A stretch of DNA of 64,000 nucleotides from a virus: positions 1 through 64,000 of IMG/VR virus record IMGVR_UViG_3300042691_005581; one strand, given 5' to 3'. This document shows positions 10,894-21,539 of the stretch, one piece after another. A program made the position numbers and the translations under genes. The notes under the pieces are model-generated. The model saw only the letters and a list, made by a program, of their open reading frames with translations, had not been told where the DNA came from and did not search any database. Numbering within the stretch: position 1 is the stretch's first letter; each line of letters opens with the position of its first letter.

Positions 10894-12222
10894 ATGTCTA
10901 ATTATTCTGTTCCGTTTTCAAATTCATCTAAGCTGCCGCTAACGATCACTGATAACACTATTAATCAGAGTACTAGTCTTAAATTGGTTGGACGATTTAT
11001 TTCTAATTATTCTCAGCCCATATCAGAAAATTTTGTCAAACTTCTTGAAAATTTTTCAAATACTACATCACCTGCAAATCCAGTTGAAGGACAACTTTGG
11101 TATAATACCAATGCATCGACTGCAAAAAGTTTAAAAATTTATGACGGTTCTTCCTGGGTACCTACAAATAATTTACACAAAGTAGTAGGCGGCCTAAGCG
11201 GCCCACCATTTGTTCCTAATTTTGCATTAGCCGGTGATATTCTAGTAACAACACAAACAGGACAATTGTGGATATTTAATGGGACTACTACAATTTTAGT
11301 TGGCCCAGCAACGGCTACTACTGCATTAAGAAACGGTGTTTACGTTGAACCTATCAAAGATGATACTGATGCATTCCATTCAGTTGTGCAAACATATGTA
11401 GATGGCGAAGTTATATCTATATACTCAAAAGATAGATTTTTTCCAAATCCTGTGATTGCTGGATTTACCGAAATTAGACCTGGACTAAATGTTACTACTA
11501 GGTCTTTTGGCGACGAAGAATCTTTTATTGAAGGAAATTCTAGGGTTGCACTTTCTTTAAAACTATCTAATATCAGTTTTCCTATACCTGCTGATAATTT
11601 TTTAAGAAACGACGAATCTGGAACTATTCAAGGTTCCCTCAGCATCAATAGCAACTCTGGACTGCGAATTGGATCACCTAATCAATCAGTATATTTGGAA
11701 AGATTAGGCAACACAGCTTTGTTGTCAAACAGAACAAACGGCGGCGATATAGGGTTATCCGTTATTAAAAATAATGTGTTAAATCAGATAGTAACAGTTG
11801 ATGGTGACAATTTAAGAGTGGGTATAAACAATGTCAATCCGGCAGCAAACCTTCATGTAGTCGGAACTTCAATTTTTACAGGTAAAGTAACATTAGGCAC
11901 AACATTATCTACCGGTGCTGTTATAGAACCTGCTGCATTTAATGCAGTTGATATTGGATCAATAGGAAAACCTTTCAAAACAGTTTTTGCAGAACAATTC
12001 AGTTTTACTTCTACCACAACAAATTATTCACATGTTGCTACTGGTGGCATAATATTACATGCGGCTGCAACACCGCCGGATGGTTGGTTGGAATGTAACG
12101 GTGCAACACTTGATAAAGTTGCAAATCCTGAATATGCAAAATTATTCGATCTATTAGTTGGTGCACCATTACCGACCTTGGCTGGCCCGGCAGCTGGGCT
12201 AATTTATATTATAAAGTACTAA
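10894..12222 (+). CDS. Tail/baseplate fibre protein, paralog 1, with degenerate C-terminal tail-collar domain
   Basis: N-terminal LVG...ENFVKLLENFS...P..GQLWY domain; C-terminal PPDGWLECNGA collar motif. Confidence 0.7.
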   Translation: MSNYSVPFSNSSKLPLTITDNTINQSTSLKLVGRFISNYSQPISENFVKLLENFSNTTSPANPVEGQLWYNTNASTAKSLKIYDGSSWVPTNNLHKVVGGLSGPPFVPNFALAGDILVTTQTGQLWIFNGTTTILVGPATATTALRNGVYVEPIKDDTDAFHSVVQTYVDGEVISIYSKDRFFPNPVIAGFTEIRPGLNVTTRSFGDEESFIEGNSRVALSLKLSNISFPIPADNFLRNDESGTIQGSLSINSNSGLRIGSPNQSVYLERLGNTALLSNRTNGGDIGLSVIKNNVLNQIVTVDGDNLRVGINNVNPAANLHVVGTSIFTGKVTLGTTLSTGAVIEPAAFNAVDIGSIGKPFKTVFAEQFSFTSTTTNYSHVATGGIILHAAATPPDGWLECNGATLDKVANPEYAKLFDLLVGAPLPTLAGPAAGLIYIIKY

Positions 12223-12226
12223 CACT

Positions 12227-14413
12227 ATGGCGTATACAATAAGAAATGCAGATGGGACAGTTTTAGTTAATATTGTAGATGGTACTATAGATACTAGAAC
12301 TACAAGTATAAGTCTTGTCGGAAAAAACAAAGAAGATTACGGTACAGCATTAAACACTAATCTTGTCAATATCCTTCAAAATTTTGCCAGTAATAGTCAA
12401 CCAAGGTCACCTTTGGTAGGACAATTATGGTACAGCAGAACTGATGGTAGATTAAAAGTTTTCACCGTTGAAGGTGTGTTCAGTAACGTGTCGGCAGCTT
12501 TGTTGTCTGATACAAAACCTTTAATTTTAAAACAAGGTGATCTTTGGATTGATTCTGCAAACAACCAACTCTATTTTACAAAAGACGGAACTAACACTGT
12601 ATTAGCCGGTCCTATATATTCAGAAAACAATGGAAAATCTGGATTTTTATCTGAGTACCTATTAGATGATGAGGGCAATAGTAGGCCTGTTACTAAAATG
12701 TTTAGTAACGGTACAATGTTAGGAATCCTTAGCACCTGTTCGTTTAGGGTTGCTCCAGCCTCTGCAATATTACAAGATAACCAGGGTATGTTTGAAATTG
12801 CTCCTGGGTTGAATTTAAATAATTCAATACCAGATGTAAAATTTGTAGGTCTCGCTACTACTGCTACTAATATCGGCGCCGGATTTACTCTAACAAATAT
12901 ATTTTTAAAACTTGACAATGGCAATGTTAACCAATCAATTACTGGCACAGGGGCATTAATTCTAGAAACAGATTCTGGTATTTCATTAGGAACATACACT
13001 GATGCAACGTTGTATATAGAAGGTGGAATTTCTGCTAGACGCACTATATTAAGAAATAATATTGCAGATGGTAGGACTGAATTAGTATCTAAAACTACAT
13101 TAATTTCTCCACCTGATAACGAAAAAACAATATTAACAGCCTATAGAGATAGAGTGGGAATAAACTTAGGACCTTCTCTTCCAACGCATAATTTTCACGT
13201 TGAGGGTAATTCATTTTTTAACGGCAATGCAACAATTACAGGTAATTTAACTGTAGAAGGAACACAAACTGTTATATCGACAGTGATATTGCAAATAGAA
13301 GATAAAAATATTGAGTTAGCAACTAGCGGAACTTGGTATACAGATGCTCTCATAGATGGGGGTGGCCTCACACTGCACGGCACAACTGACAAAACATTAA
13401 CTTATAACAACTCTGCTACAGCATGGACTTCAAACATCAATTATAATATTGCTGGTACCGGAACTTATAAAATTAATGCCGTTAATGTGTTGTCGTCGAG
13501 TACATTAGGCACCGGAGTTACTCAAACATCAATTACTAGAGTAGGAGTTCTAGAAGAACTAACAGTTACTAATGTATTGATTAAAGGCAATGCTATTTCT
13601 AGCACACGGGCACAATATGCTATTACTTCAATTGGTGCTACTACTGCAACCAGTATAACTACTGGATCGTCAATTACTGTAAATGTAAGTGGAGTAATAC
13701 CGTTCTTGAGTACAGGCTCTACAATTACAGTTGATGGTATTATTCAAACTGAATTTAATCAAGTATATCTAGTTAATACAGTTACTAATGTAACAGCTTC
13801 GACTACTCAATTTACAGTTAGTGCAACAACAAATCTAACAACATCGTCTACAGCCAATCTTGGTGCAAATCCTATTGTTATTATGGATGATTTGATGTTA
13901 CATGCAAGGACTGGCGCAGATATAGATGTAACTGGGCAACGAGTTAAAAATCTAGCGTATTCTTTAGTACCTTCAGATGCGGCTACTGTACAATTAGTCT
14001 ATGACACTCAGGCCATTAACTTATTAAAAGGATTTTCTGTCACGTTGGACATTACTTATATGACCAACCCGGATAACATAGAAATTCCTAACATATTAGA
14101 AAAATTGTTACCACCTACAAATGCAAACATTGCTCCTTATTCTAACGAATCGGCATACGATTTAGCATTAGGAACCCGAGCAAGAGTATTGTGTGTAACT
14201 AATCAAGTAACGGTAAGAAATGTTCCTATTAACGTAGTCACTACTTCTACTACAGTTTCAGATTGGCCTGCTGGTGCACCAACAGATGTATTGCAATATA
14301 TTTCAGTAACATCGGGTGTATTAACAACTGCTACTGTTTCAACTTATACAGTAAAAGAATTTAGAGTAACTGGTAGTCCCAAAATATGGACTTGGTTTAG
14401 AAATATACCCTAA
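12227..14413 (+). CDS. Tail/baseplate fibre protein, paralog 2
   Basis: Same N-terminal domain (LVGKN..YG..LNTNLVNILQNFA..P.SPLVGQLWY); Thr-rich beta fibre. Confidence 0.7.
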   Translation: MAYTIRNADGTVLVNIVDGTIDTRTTSISLVGKNKEDYGTALNTNLVNILQNFASNSQPRSPLVGQLWYSRTDGRLKVFTVEGVFSNVSAALLSDTKPLILKQGDLWIDSANNQLYFTKDGTNTVLAGPIYSENNGKSGFLSEYLLDDEGNSRPVTKMFSNGTMLGILSTCSFRVAPASAILQDNQGMFEIAPGLNLNNSIPDVKFVGLATTATNIGAGFTLTNIFLKLDNGNVNQSITGTGALILETDSGISLGTYTDATLYIEGGISARRTILRNNIADGRTELVSKTTLISPPDNEKTILTAYRDRVGINLGPSLPTHNFHVEGNSFFNGNATITGNLTVEGTQTVISTVILQIEDKNIELATSGTWYTDALIDGGGLTLHGTTDKTLTYNNSATAWTSNINYNIAGTGTYKINAVNVLSSSTLGTGVTQTSITRVGVLEELTVTNVLIKGNAISSTRAQYAITSIGATTATSITTGSSITVNVSGVIPFLSTGSTITVDGIIQTEFNQVYLVNTVTNVTASTTQFTVSATTNLTTSSTANLGANPIVIMDDLMLHARTGADIDVTGQRVKNLAYSLVPSDAATVQLVYDTQAINLLKGFSVTLDITYMTNPDNIEIPNILEKLLPPTNANIAPYSNESAYDLALGTRARVLCVTNQVTVRNVPINVVTTSTTVSDWPAGAPTDVLQYISVTSGVLTTATVSTYTVKEFRVTGSPKIWTWFRNIP

Positions 14414-14426
14414 TTAAGGATTTAGA

Positions 14427-15341
14427 ATGACATATCAAATTAGAAAAACTGACGGAACTTTGGTGTTATCTCTAGCGCCTGGCCTAACCGATAAAACTAA
14501 AACAAGTATTGCTCTAATTGGAAAAAATGTTCCCGAATTTGGTAAGGATCAAAATGAAAATTTTGTAAAACTCCTTGAAAATTTTTCAAATAATTCGGAA
14601 CCAGGTAATTCTATAAAGGGTCAATTGTGGTTCAACACTGCACAAGATCAAATTTATGTTAAAACTTCAACAGGATTTAAATCTATTGGACCTTTTGCAG
14701 ATATTTCCACACCTAATTTAACTAATATAGGTGAAACTCCGGCTACTACTGCATATGTTCATAGTGTGTTGCCTAAAGGTTCTATAATAATGTGGAGCGG
14801 CATATTAGAGACTATCCCTGCTGGATGGGCATTATGCGATGGTAATTCGGGGGCGTCTATAAATGGTCAACCTATACCCGATTTACGAGACAGATTTGTT
14901 ATGGGTGCAGGAAACACCTACGACGTATTGATAGCAGGAGGCACTAGGACGCTAACTGAAATACCATTACACTCTCATGGAATTTCTGGATCAACAACAG
15001 CTAACGATAGAGGACATACTCACGGCGGCATCACTACCAATGCAGGACTTCATCATCATGTGTTTCCTGGAGATGATCAATTGTTTAATGCAGATAACCA
15101 AGGTGGATGGACTGCTATTCCTGTTGCTCCTTTTAATTATGATGCTAGATCTGTATTAGGTGGCGGTGGCCAAATTTGGCAGACGTCCCAGGCTGGTACG
15201 CACAATCATACATTTACCACAGCCGGAGAATCAACTAATCATATACATTCTTTTACTGGGAATACTTCTAATGCAGGTAGTAGTTCTGTAGATATTACAA
15301 ATCCATATGTTGCATTGGCCTTCATCATAAAAGTAATCTAA
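14427..15341 (+). CDS. Short tail fibre-like protein, paralog 3, with tail-collar domain and His-rich tip
   Basis: Shared N-terminal domain; GSIIMWSG..IPAGWALCDG..PDLRDRFVMGAG collar; HxH repeats like the T4 gp12 metal-binding tip. Confidence 0.8.
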   Translation: MTYQIRKTDGTLVLSLAPGLTDKTKTSIALIGKNVPEFGKDQNENFVKLLENFSNNSEPGNSIKGQLWFNTAQDQIYVKTSTGFKSIGPFADISTPNLTNIGETPATTAYVHSVLPKGSIIMWSGILETIPAGWALCDGNSGASINGQPIPDLRDRFVMGAGNTYDVLIAGGTRTLTEIPLHSHGISGSTTANDRGHTHGGITTNAGLHHHVFPGDDQLFNADNQGGWTAIPVAPFNYDARSVLGGGGQIWQTSQAGTHNHTFTTAGESTNHIHSFTGNTSNAGSSSVDITNPYVALAFIIKVI

Positions 15342-15373
15342 TCAGTAAATATTTTAAAATTTGGGGAACATGA

Positions 15374-16579
15374 ATGCCATATACAATATATAAAACAAAC
15401 GGTGTGCGATTAACTACTATTGAAGATGGTAAATTAAATTTAGCAACCGATTTACAATTAGTAGGTAAAAACTATGCTGGATATGGACAGATAGTAAATG
15501 ATAACTTAGTTAAGTTGTTAGAAAATTTTGCTAATGGAACTGCACCCTCAAAGGCATTGACTGGTCAAATATGGTATGATACTCTTAACAAAAAATTAAA
15601 AGTTTATAACGGATCTAAATGGAGTCAAGTTTTACCTACCACTATTTCGGCAATTCGTCCAGTTGATTTATCTGATAATGAATTTTGGTTTGATTCTGTA
15701 AACTTTAAATTATATTTAAAACATGGTGATACTTTTAGATTAATAGGTCCTAGCACTACAACGTCTGGCCCAGGCTCGGGATCTACACTAACTACTACAG
15801 AAGTAGTATCTAGCACAGAAGTTACTTACGACATTATTAAATTAGTAATTGGTGAAGCAACAGTTGCAATTATTTCTGATCAAACTTTTGATGTTAAAAC
15901 AACTGATCCTACTTATGCAGAAACTACTAAAATAGTTAAGGGGATAACGTTAATAGGAGCAGATCCGTTAACTGGAGTTTCTTCAGACAGCGAATCATTT
16001 TTTTGGGGAACTGCTGCCGATTCTGAAAAGTTAGCCGGGCGCCCCTCTACTGATTTTTTATTAGCTTCTGCAATTAACGATATTGCAAGTGAGATCACTC
16101 AACTAACTGATATTACATTTATAAGTTCGGGATCACCTTCTACACCTGGCATTATTGAAGGTGCTTGGTCATTAAGTTCTGGATCTACATTAAACGCAAC
16201 CTATGCCGACTTGGCAGAAAGATACGAAGCAGATGCAGTATACGAACCTGGCACTGTTTTGGTATTAGGTGGCAATAAGGAAGTAACAATTAGTCAATCT
16301 TTAGGTGATACTGCTGTTGCTGGAGTTGTTAGCACTGCACCTGCATTCAAACTGAATTCTTCTGCAGGCAATGACGAAACGCATCCCTATATTGCATTGA
16401 CTGGTAGAATACCTTGTAAGGTAATCGGCGAAATTAAAAAGGGAGACCTGCTTATTACCAGTAATACTCCGGGAGTTGCTACATCAGGTAAGAAGCAGGC
16501 TGATCCAAACTCTGTAATTGGAAGAGCAATGCAAGATTACTCATCCAATGAAATTGGACTAATAGAAATTAAAGTTTAA
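15374..16579 (+). CDS. Tail fibre protein, paralog 4, with C-terminal intramolecular chaperone (peptidase G2-like)
   Basis: Shared N-terminal domain; YADLAERY...PGTV...VAGVVST.PA...IALTGRIPCKV.G.IKKGDLL. Confidence 0.75.
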   Translation: MPYTIYKTNGVRLTTIEDGKLNLATDLQLVGKNYAGYGQIVNDNLVKLLENFANGTAPSKALTGQIWYDTLNKKLKVYNGSKWSQVLPTTISAIRPVDLSDNEFWFDSVNFKLYLKHGDTFRLIGPSTTTSGPGSGSTLTTTEVVSSTEVTYDIIKLVIGEATVAIISDQTFDVKTTDPTYAETTKIVKGITLIGADPLTGVSSDSESFFWGTAADSEKLAGRPSTDFLLASAINDIASEITQLTDITFISSGSPSTPGIIEGAWSLSSGSTLNATYADLAERYEADAVYEPGTVLVLGGNKEVTISQSLGDTAVAGVVSTAPAFKLNSSAGNDETHPYIALTGRIPCKVIGEIKKGDLLITSNTPGVATSGKKQADPNSVIGRAMQDYSSNEIGLIEIKV

Positions 16580-17460
16580 ACAGCCATGTCTGCCTTAATT
16601 GGCTCGTGACTTTGATAATTTTCTAATGTAATATCGGACATTTCGAAGTGTGTGATAACATCGATATCGTCAGTTAATTTAAGTTCGGCCAACGGCAAGG
16701 GCTTTCTAGATAGTTGCTCTTTTACTTGCTCTACGTGATTTTCGTAGATGTGCGCATCTCCAACAGCAATAATTAATTCACCAACTTCTAAATTGCATAC
16801 TTGTGCAACCATATGAGTGAATAATGCATAAGATGCAATATTAAAAGGCATGCCAAGAAACATATCTGCACTACGCTGATACATTTGGCAACTTAGTTTA
16901 CCGTTGCTAACATAAAATTGAGCCATCATATGACAGGGCGGCAAAGCCATCATGTCTAGTTCTCCGGGATTCCATGCTGAAATAATATGTCTTCGGCTGT
17001 AAGGATCTTCCTTAATTCCGTTAATTAATTCAATCAACTGATCGTGATTTTGTAATACAACTTTGTTAATACGTACCAAAGGTTTACGCCATTTGCGCCA
17101 TTGAACTCCATAAATTCTACCTAGATCGCCGGCGTGTCGCTGAAGTCGTTTTTCTACCCAATAAGGTGCAGTTGCATTGTCTGACCAAATTGTTTTCTTG
17201 TCAGTGTAACGTTCACCGTGTAAAATTTCTCTCAAACGATTCTCATCACCACTGCCTTCGATGAACCAAAGTAATTCAGATACTACTGCCTTCCATGCGA
17301 GTTTTTTAGTAGTAACGGCCGGAAATCCAGCCGCTAAATCAAAACGCATTTGCACTCCAAATTTACTGATAGTTCCTACACCTGTACGATCTGGCCGGTG
17401 CTCTCCGGATTCTAAAATATCTTTTAGTGCATTTAGATAAGCGTGTTCTGGATGTTTCAT
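16576..17460 (-). CDS. thyA: Thymidylate synthase
   Basis: DRTGVGT, ELLWF, MALPPCH, YQRSADMFLGMPFNIASY, GDAHIYENH. Confidence 0.97.
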   Translation of the reverse strand: MKHPEHAYLNALKDILESGEHRPDRTGVGTISKFGVQMRFDLAAGFPAVTTKKLAWKAVVSELLWFIEGSGDENRLREILHGERYTDKKTIWSDNATAPYWVEKRLQRHAGDLGRIYGVQWRKWRKPLVRINKVVLQNHDQLIELINGIKEDPYSRRHIISAWNPGELDMMALPPCHMMAQFYVSNGKLSCQMYQRSADMFLGMPFNIASYALFTHMVAQVCNLEVGELIIAVGDAHIYENHVEQVKEQLSRKPLPLAELKLTDDIDVITHFEMSDITLENYQSHEPIKADMAV

Positions 17461-17933
17461 ATGTTATATTCTTTCATTGTATATCTTACTGGATCAGTAA
17501 CTGTAGCATGTTCTTTGACTTTTGTAAAGTTTTCTTTTACATAAGAAAGATCAAAAAACTTATCACACTCATAGTCGGCATCAATTTCTGTTACATAAAA
17601 TCTATCAATAATATCTAAGTATTGCTGATAAACGGCACTTCCGCCAATGATGAATATATCCTTATCGGGGTACTCTACTGAACAAAAATCTAATGCTTCT
17701 CCGCAGTCGCTAAACGTATGATCGCCTAATTCACGTTTTCTACTGATTACTACGTTGACACGATTGGGTAACGATTTACCTAAACTGTCATATGTAGTTG
17801 ATCCCATGATAACAACATTACCAGTAGTTAGTTGTCTAAACCATTGCATATCACCTTTAAGGTGAGGCCAGGGCATTTGACCATTAAATCCAATACCCTG
17901 ACTACGCTCTACTGCCACAATACAGTTGATCAT
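17457..17933 (-). CDS. folA: Dihydrofolate reductase
   Basis: GIGFNGQMPW, DMQWF, VIMGSTT, LPNRVNVV, IIGG; overlaps thyA. Confidence 0.95.
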   Translation of the reverse strand: MINCIVAVERSQGIGFNGQMPWPHLKGDMQWFRQLTTGNVVIMGSTTYDSLGKSLPNRVNVVISRKRELGDHTFSDCGEALDFCSVEYPDKDIFIIGGSAVYQQYLDIIDRFYVTEIDADYECDKFFDLSYVKENFTKVKEHATVTDPVRYTMKEYNI

Positions 17934-18523
17934 TCTGCAACGACTTTTTCTACTTTCTCTTTTTTCTTGGGAGGATCGATTTCGTCTGCTTTCTTTCGAA
18001 GTTGTTGAGCTTGCTTAAACAATGCATCAGCCTTACTTCTCAATTCTGCGGGACTTAGGTCTAGACTCTGACCAGTATCGTCTGTAATAACAATAGAGGA
18101 CTCTTCTTTAGCAACAGATTTCTTTTCTGCTTTTTTCTGAGCACCATCTGACACTGCAAGATCTTCTAGAGAAATTCCTTTTTGATCTGCAATGATTGCA
18201 TTTAGCTCGTCTAACGGAATTTGTGTTTGTGCATCCGGAGTCATCATCACCATACTTGTTTTTACTTTAATAAGGTGCTTGTTCGAGTGAAGATAACCTA
18301 ACATGTTAGATCCATCTGGAAATCTTCTAGCCGAAAGAATATCGGCTAATTCGTTTGCTTGTTGCCCGCTGTCGCCTTCGATTACATTCATCAACGTATC
18401 GTGATAACTGTCGCCGAGTCCGTGAGTTCCTACAACAAGACAACTAGTATGATCTCCAGGTAGTGTTCTGTACACTACTGCAACTCTTGCAGAGTTATTT
18501 TTCATTTTACCAACATGTTTCAT
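17930..18523 (-). CDS. Conserved hypothetical phage protein
   Basis: AAGGA RBS, coupled ORF; no recognisable motif. Confidence 0.6.
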   Translation of the reverse strand: MKHVGKMKNNSARVAVVYRTLPGDHTSCLVVGTHGLGDSYHDTLMNVIEGDSGQQANELADILSARRFPDGSNMLGYLHSNKHLIKVKTSMVMMTPDAQTQIPLDELNAIIADQKGISLEDLAVSDGAQKKAEKKSVAKEESSIVITDDTGQSLDLSPAELRSKADALFKQAQQLRKKADEIDPPKKKEKVEKVVAE

Positions 18524-18540
18524 GTTATTTCCTTTTTAAT

Positions 18541-18750
18541 TTATTCTGTAGGTGCTTGTTCAGCCGGTGCCACAGCATTTAAAAATGCATCTAGACGATT
18601 GAACGTATTACCCACAGCGGCCATTTCACCGGCATTAAAAGCACCACGACGACTTGCGGCGTCAATAATAGCTCTAATATTTTGAAGATCTGTAATTGTA
18701 AGATCTGGGCCTTGCGGCTGTTGGGTTTCTTGAGTTTCTTGATTTTCCAT
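18541..18750 (-). CDS. Small hypothetical protein
   Basis: AAGGAG RBS; tight packing. Confidence 0.65.
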   Translation of the reverse strand: MENQETQETQQPQGPDLTITDLQNIRAIIDAASRRGAFNAGEMAAVGNTFNRLDAFLNAVAPAEQAPTE

Positions 18751-18759
18751 AATATCTCC

Positions 18760-19041
18760 TTAATTTTTATATAGGAACGGGCATCCTAAACTTAACATAG
18801 TAAGCTCTTTAGGATCCTCGACCCCAATTTCGCATACTTCTGCTATTTTACTATTTTTATCTAACATATGAGATTTTTTGACACAGTATCGACTGTTTAA
18901 ATTAACATAAATCCATTGGTCGATCTCTGCCATATATCTCGTATTTTCGGTATACGTTTTTGCAAAATGAAAAGGTATGTGCGTAACAATACGCACCCCT
19001 AGAACATTTAACGGATTAACTGTTCCTCTTATTAATGCCAT
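18760..19041 (-). CDS. Hypothetical protein
   Basis: ORF packing; TATAAATA upstream at 19066-19073. Confidence 0.6.
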   Translation of the reverse strand: MALIRGTVNPLNVLGVRIVTHIPFHFAKTYTENTRYMAEIDQWIYVNLNSRYCVKKSHMLDKNSKIAEVCEIGVEDPKELTMLSLGCPFLYKN

Positions 19042-19064
19042 AATATACCTACTTTATACGTCTT

Positions 19065-20321
19065 TTATTTATAGTGCGCGGTCTGGCCGAATGGTGCAAT
19101 TATGGAATCATTTCCGTGAATAATGAACAATGATTCGCAATAATTTTCGTCACCCCAACTGCCGCAAGGATACCCGTCTGTAAACATAATAAAACGTTTT
19201 GGTTCAATGCCTTCATGTTTCATAAAATCGTAGTTGGCATCAAAATCTGTTCCACCGCCACCTTTGCATTCGTATTCCATAATTTCATCGGCAGTGTCGC
19301 CTGTGAACTGTTTATATCCGTACACTTCTGTATCGAAGCACCAAAGATCTAGTTTAAAATCTTGATACTCATCCATAATACCTTTGACTTCGCTCAAGAA
19401 ATCCATAGCCTGTTGATTTGAGATAGACCCTGACATGTCAATTGCTACAGATACATCGATAGTTTCTTCATTCATCATGCCTGGCAAGATGGCTCCGCAA
19501 TGTTGGCTCTTGCGGTTAGGACGACTGAAGCTAAAATTGCTCTTCATAATACTTTGAATATTCATTCGAAGCATCTGTCTCCAGTCCATTTTAGGTTCTG
19601 TAAAATCTGTAATAAGTCTTTGAAGGGAAGCAGGTACTCGGCCAGCGCCTGCACTTTGTGCCGCCGCAATCATAGCCTCTTTGATCTCGTCACGGATCTG
19701 TTTCTTTTCTTCGGCAGTCAATGTAGGACGACCCTTGCCTTGTTTATCTCCATCTTCTCCTTCGCTATCACCATCGCCTTCACCGTCCAGGTGCTCGTCG
19801 AGCAATTCGCCAAGTTGACTCAAATCAATCTTTTCAGCTTTTTCGTACAGCTCATTATAAATCTGTTCGTAGCTCCAGCCTCGGTATTTGTTGTCTTGAT
19901 AGATCTTGATGAAATTAGGCACTTCGCCAATCTTCTCATCTTTAAGAATTTGGTTAGCCGCATAGTCAGCCGCAATATTAGACAGTTGGGGATCACGGCC
20001 TTCGCGGCGTCCCATGTGATCAAACACATTGTGAAGAACTTCGTGTGCAAAGCCAAACTCTGCTTCTTTGGGTTTGAGTTTGTCAACAAATTCGTTGTTG
20101 TAATAAAAATTGCGACCATCTGTAGCCAGTGTTGAGCACCAGTCAGATGCATCAATCAGTTGCATTCGAGTGGCAAGATTGCCAAAGAAAGGATGACGCA
20201 ACAGCAGACCTACTCGTGCTGTAATTAGCTTATCCAGAATTTTATTTTTTTCTGCTGGAGAAAATTCTTTTGGCGCGGCAGACTTTTTAACTTTTTCCTG
20301 TTTCATTACAGTGTTAGACAT
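19065..20321 (-). CDS. Metallopeptidase-like (HExxH) plus vWA domain protein (DUF2201-type), MoxR partner
   Basis: AHEVLH; MIDAS motif IDMSGS; GGGTDF; FTDGY. Confidence 0.85.
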   Translation of the reverse strand: MSNTVMKQEKVKKSAAPKEFSPAEKNKILDKLITARVGLLLRHPFFGNLATRMQLIDASDWCSTLATDGRNFYYNNEFVDKLKPKEAEFGFAHEVLHNVFDHMGRREGRDPQLSNIAADYAANQILKDEKIGEVPNFIKIYQDNKYRGWSYEQIYNELYEKAEKIDLSQLGELLDEHLDGEGDGDSEGEDGDKQGKGRPTLTAEEKKQIRDEIKEAMIAAAQSAGAGRVPASLQRLITDFTEPKMDWRQMLRMNIQSIMKSNFSFSRPNRKSQHCGAILPGMMNEETIDVSVAIDMSGSISNQQAMDFLSEVKGIMDEYQDFKLDLWCFDTEVYGYKQFTGDTADEIMEYECKGGGGTDFDANYDFMKHEGIEPKRFIMFTDGYPCGSWGDENYCESLFIIHGNDSIIAPFGQTAHYK

Positions 20322-20348
20322 GATATATTCCTTTACAAAGCAATAACA

Positions 20349-20377
20349 ATTATATACTCAAAATGAAAAAATAGCAA
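20349..20377 (-). promoter_or_regulatory. Sigma70-type promoter for the vWA gene
   Basis: Minus strand TTGCTA-17 nt-TATAAT directly after the terminator U-tract. Confidence 0.7.
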
Positions 20378-20379
20378 GT

Positions 20380-20400
20380 AAAAAGGGCCCCGAAGGGCCC
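20380..20400 (-). terminator. Intrinsic terminator after moxR
   Basis: Minus strand GGGCCC-TTCG-GGGCCC followed by TTTTT. Confidence 0.85.
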
Positions 20401-20404
20401 AATT

Positions 20405-21487
20405 TTATCCTTCCATTGCTTGGATAATGTATTTTCCATACTTGTCATGGAACTTATCAAAATGCTTCAACTTTGAGGCATCAAATGGCAAGTTGTAATT
20501 AGTCAATGCAACCTTAGCACCCATAACAACCAATTCAGTTGGGAAATTATCCATCATGAATTTGAAGAAGCAGTCTGCCATTTCGTCCCAGTTCTTGGCC
20601 TTCTTGCGGTCAGCCTCTTGAAGCTCGTAGCACAGACTAATGGTCAAAGAGTACATTGCAGAGATTTCTTTGATATCGCATTTGGCTACCTTACCCGACA
20701 AAATGTCTTCGGGCTTAGGCATTTGTTTAGCAACCTTACGGTGAGCCATAAACTTAACAGCAAGGCCCTCACCGATAGCACCAGCTACTAGATCTGTCAA
20801 TGTGCCTTCATCTAGATCGTCATCTGTCAACAACTCGCTAACAAATGACCAGCTACGTGGAGTGGCAAATGCACGGCTTGAACTCTTTGGATCAAAGTCG
20901 TAAAGATCTTGTTTTGCAAAACCAACATAACCAACAACCTGTTCGTGAACACGATTGTTAGTAGCCCATTGCATCCAATCTTCGTAATCAGTTTTAAGTT
21001 CCAAGTGGACGAAACGATTAGCCAACGGAGCAGGCATACGATAAGTTACACCCTTGTCAGTTTCACGGTTACCTGCGGCAACAATTGCAACACCTTTGGG
21101 CAGTACATAAGTACCTACACGACGATTAAGCACCAACTGGAATGCCGCCGCCTGTGTAGCAGGAGCCGCAGAATTTAACTCGTCCAAGAACAAGATTGCA
21201 GTAGATTCCGGATCAGTGGGCAGTTCTGCTGGAGGGGCCCAAGTCATTGTATTAGAATTGGAATTGTAATATGGAATACCTTTGATATCGGTAGGTTCCC
21301 ACAATGACAGTCGAACGTCAATAACTTCGCGATCAGATTCGTCACCGATTTGTTTAACAATATCAGACTTACCGATACCTGGGGGACCCCACATAAACAC
21401 GGGACGTTGGATTTTAACACATTTACGAAGACTACGTTTTGCTTCGTTTGGGGTAACGGTGCGATTAGCACTCATTTTTTCAGCCAT
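20405..21487 (-). CDS. MoxR-like AAA+ ATPase
   Basis: Walker A GPPGIGKS, Walker B LFLDE, AAGNR, PLANRF. Confidence 0.9.
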   Translation of the reverse strand: MAEKMSANRTVTPNEAKRSLRKCVKIQRPVFMWGPPGIGKSDIVKQIGDESDREVIDVRLSLWEPTDIKGIPYYNSNSNTMTWAPPAELPTDPESTAILFLDELNSAAPATQAAAFQLVLNRRVGTYVLPKGVAIVAAGNRETDKGVTYRMPAPLANRFVHLELKTDYEDWMQWATNNRVHEQVVGYVGFAKQDLYDFDPKSSSRAFATPRSWSFVSELLTDDDLDEGTLTDLVAGAIGEGLAVKFMAHRKVAKQMPKPEDILSGKVAKCDIKEISAMYSLTISLCYELQEADRKKAKNWDEMADCFFKFMMDNFPTELVVMGAKVALTNYNLPFDASKLKHFDKFHDKYGKYIIQAMEG

Positions 21488-21539
21488 TTTATACCTTTCA
21501 AAAATTAAACAGCGGACGGAAACTTGTTAAGTTGTTACT

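Noticed and set aside
19500-20135. 211-aa + strand ORF and the other antisense/nested ORFs in the track
   Set aside because: They are shadows of well-supported genes on the opposite strand or in another frame, with no motifs or RBS.
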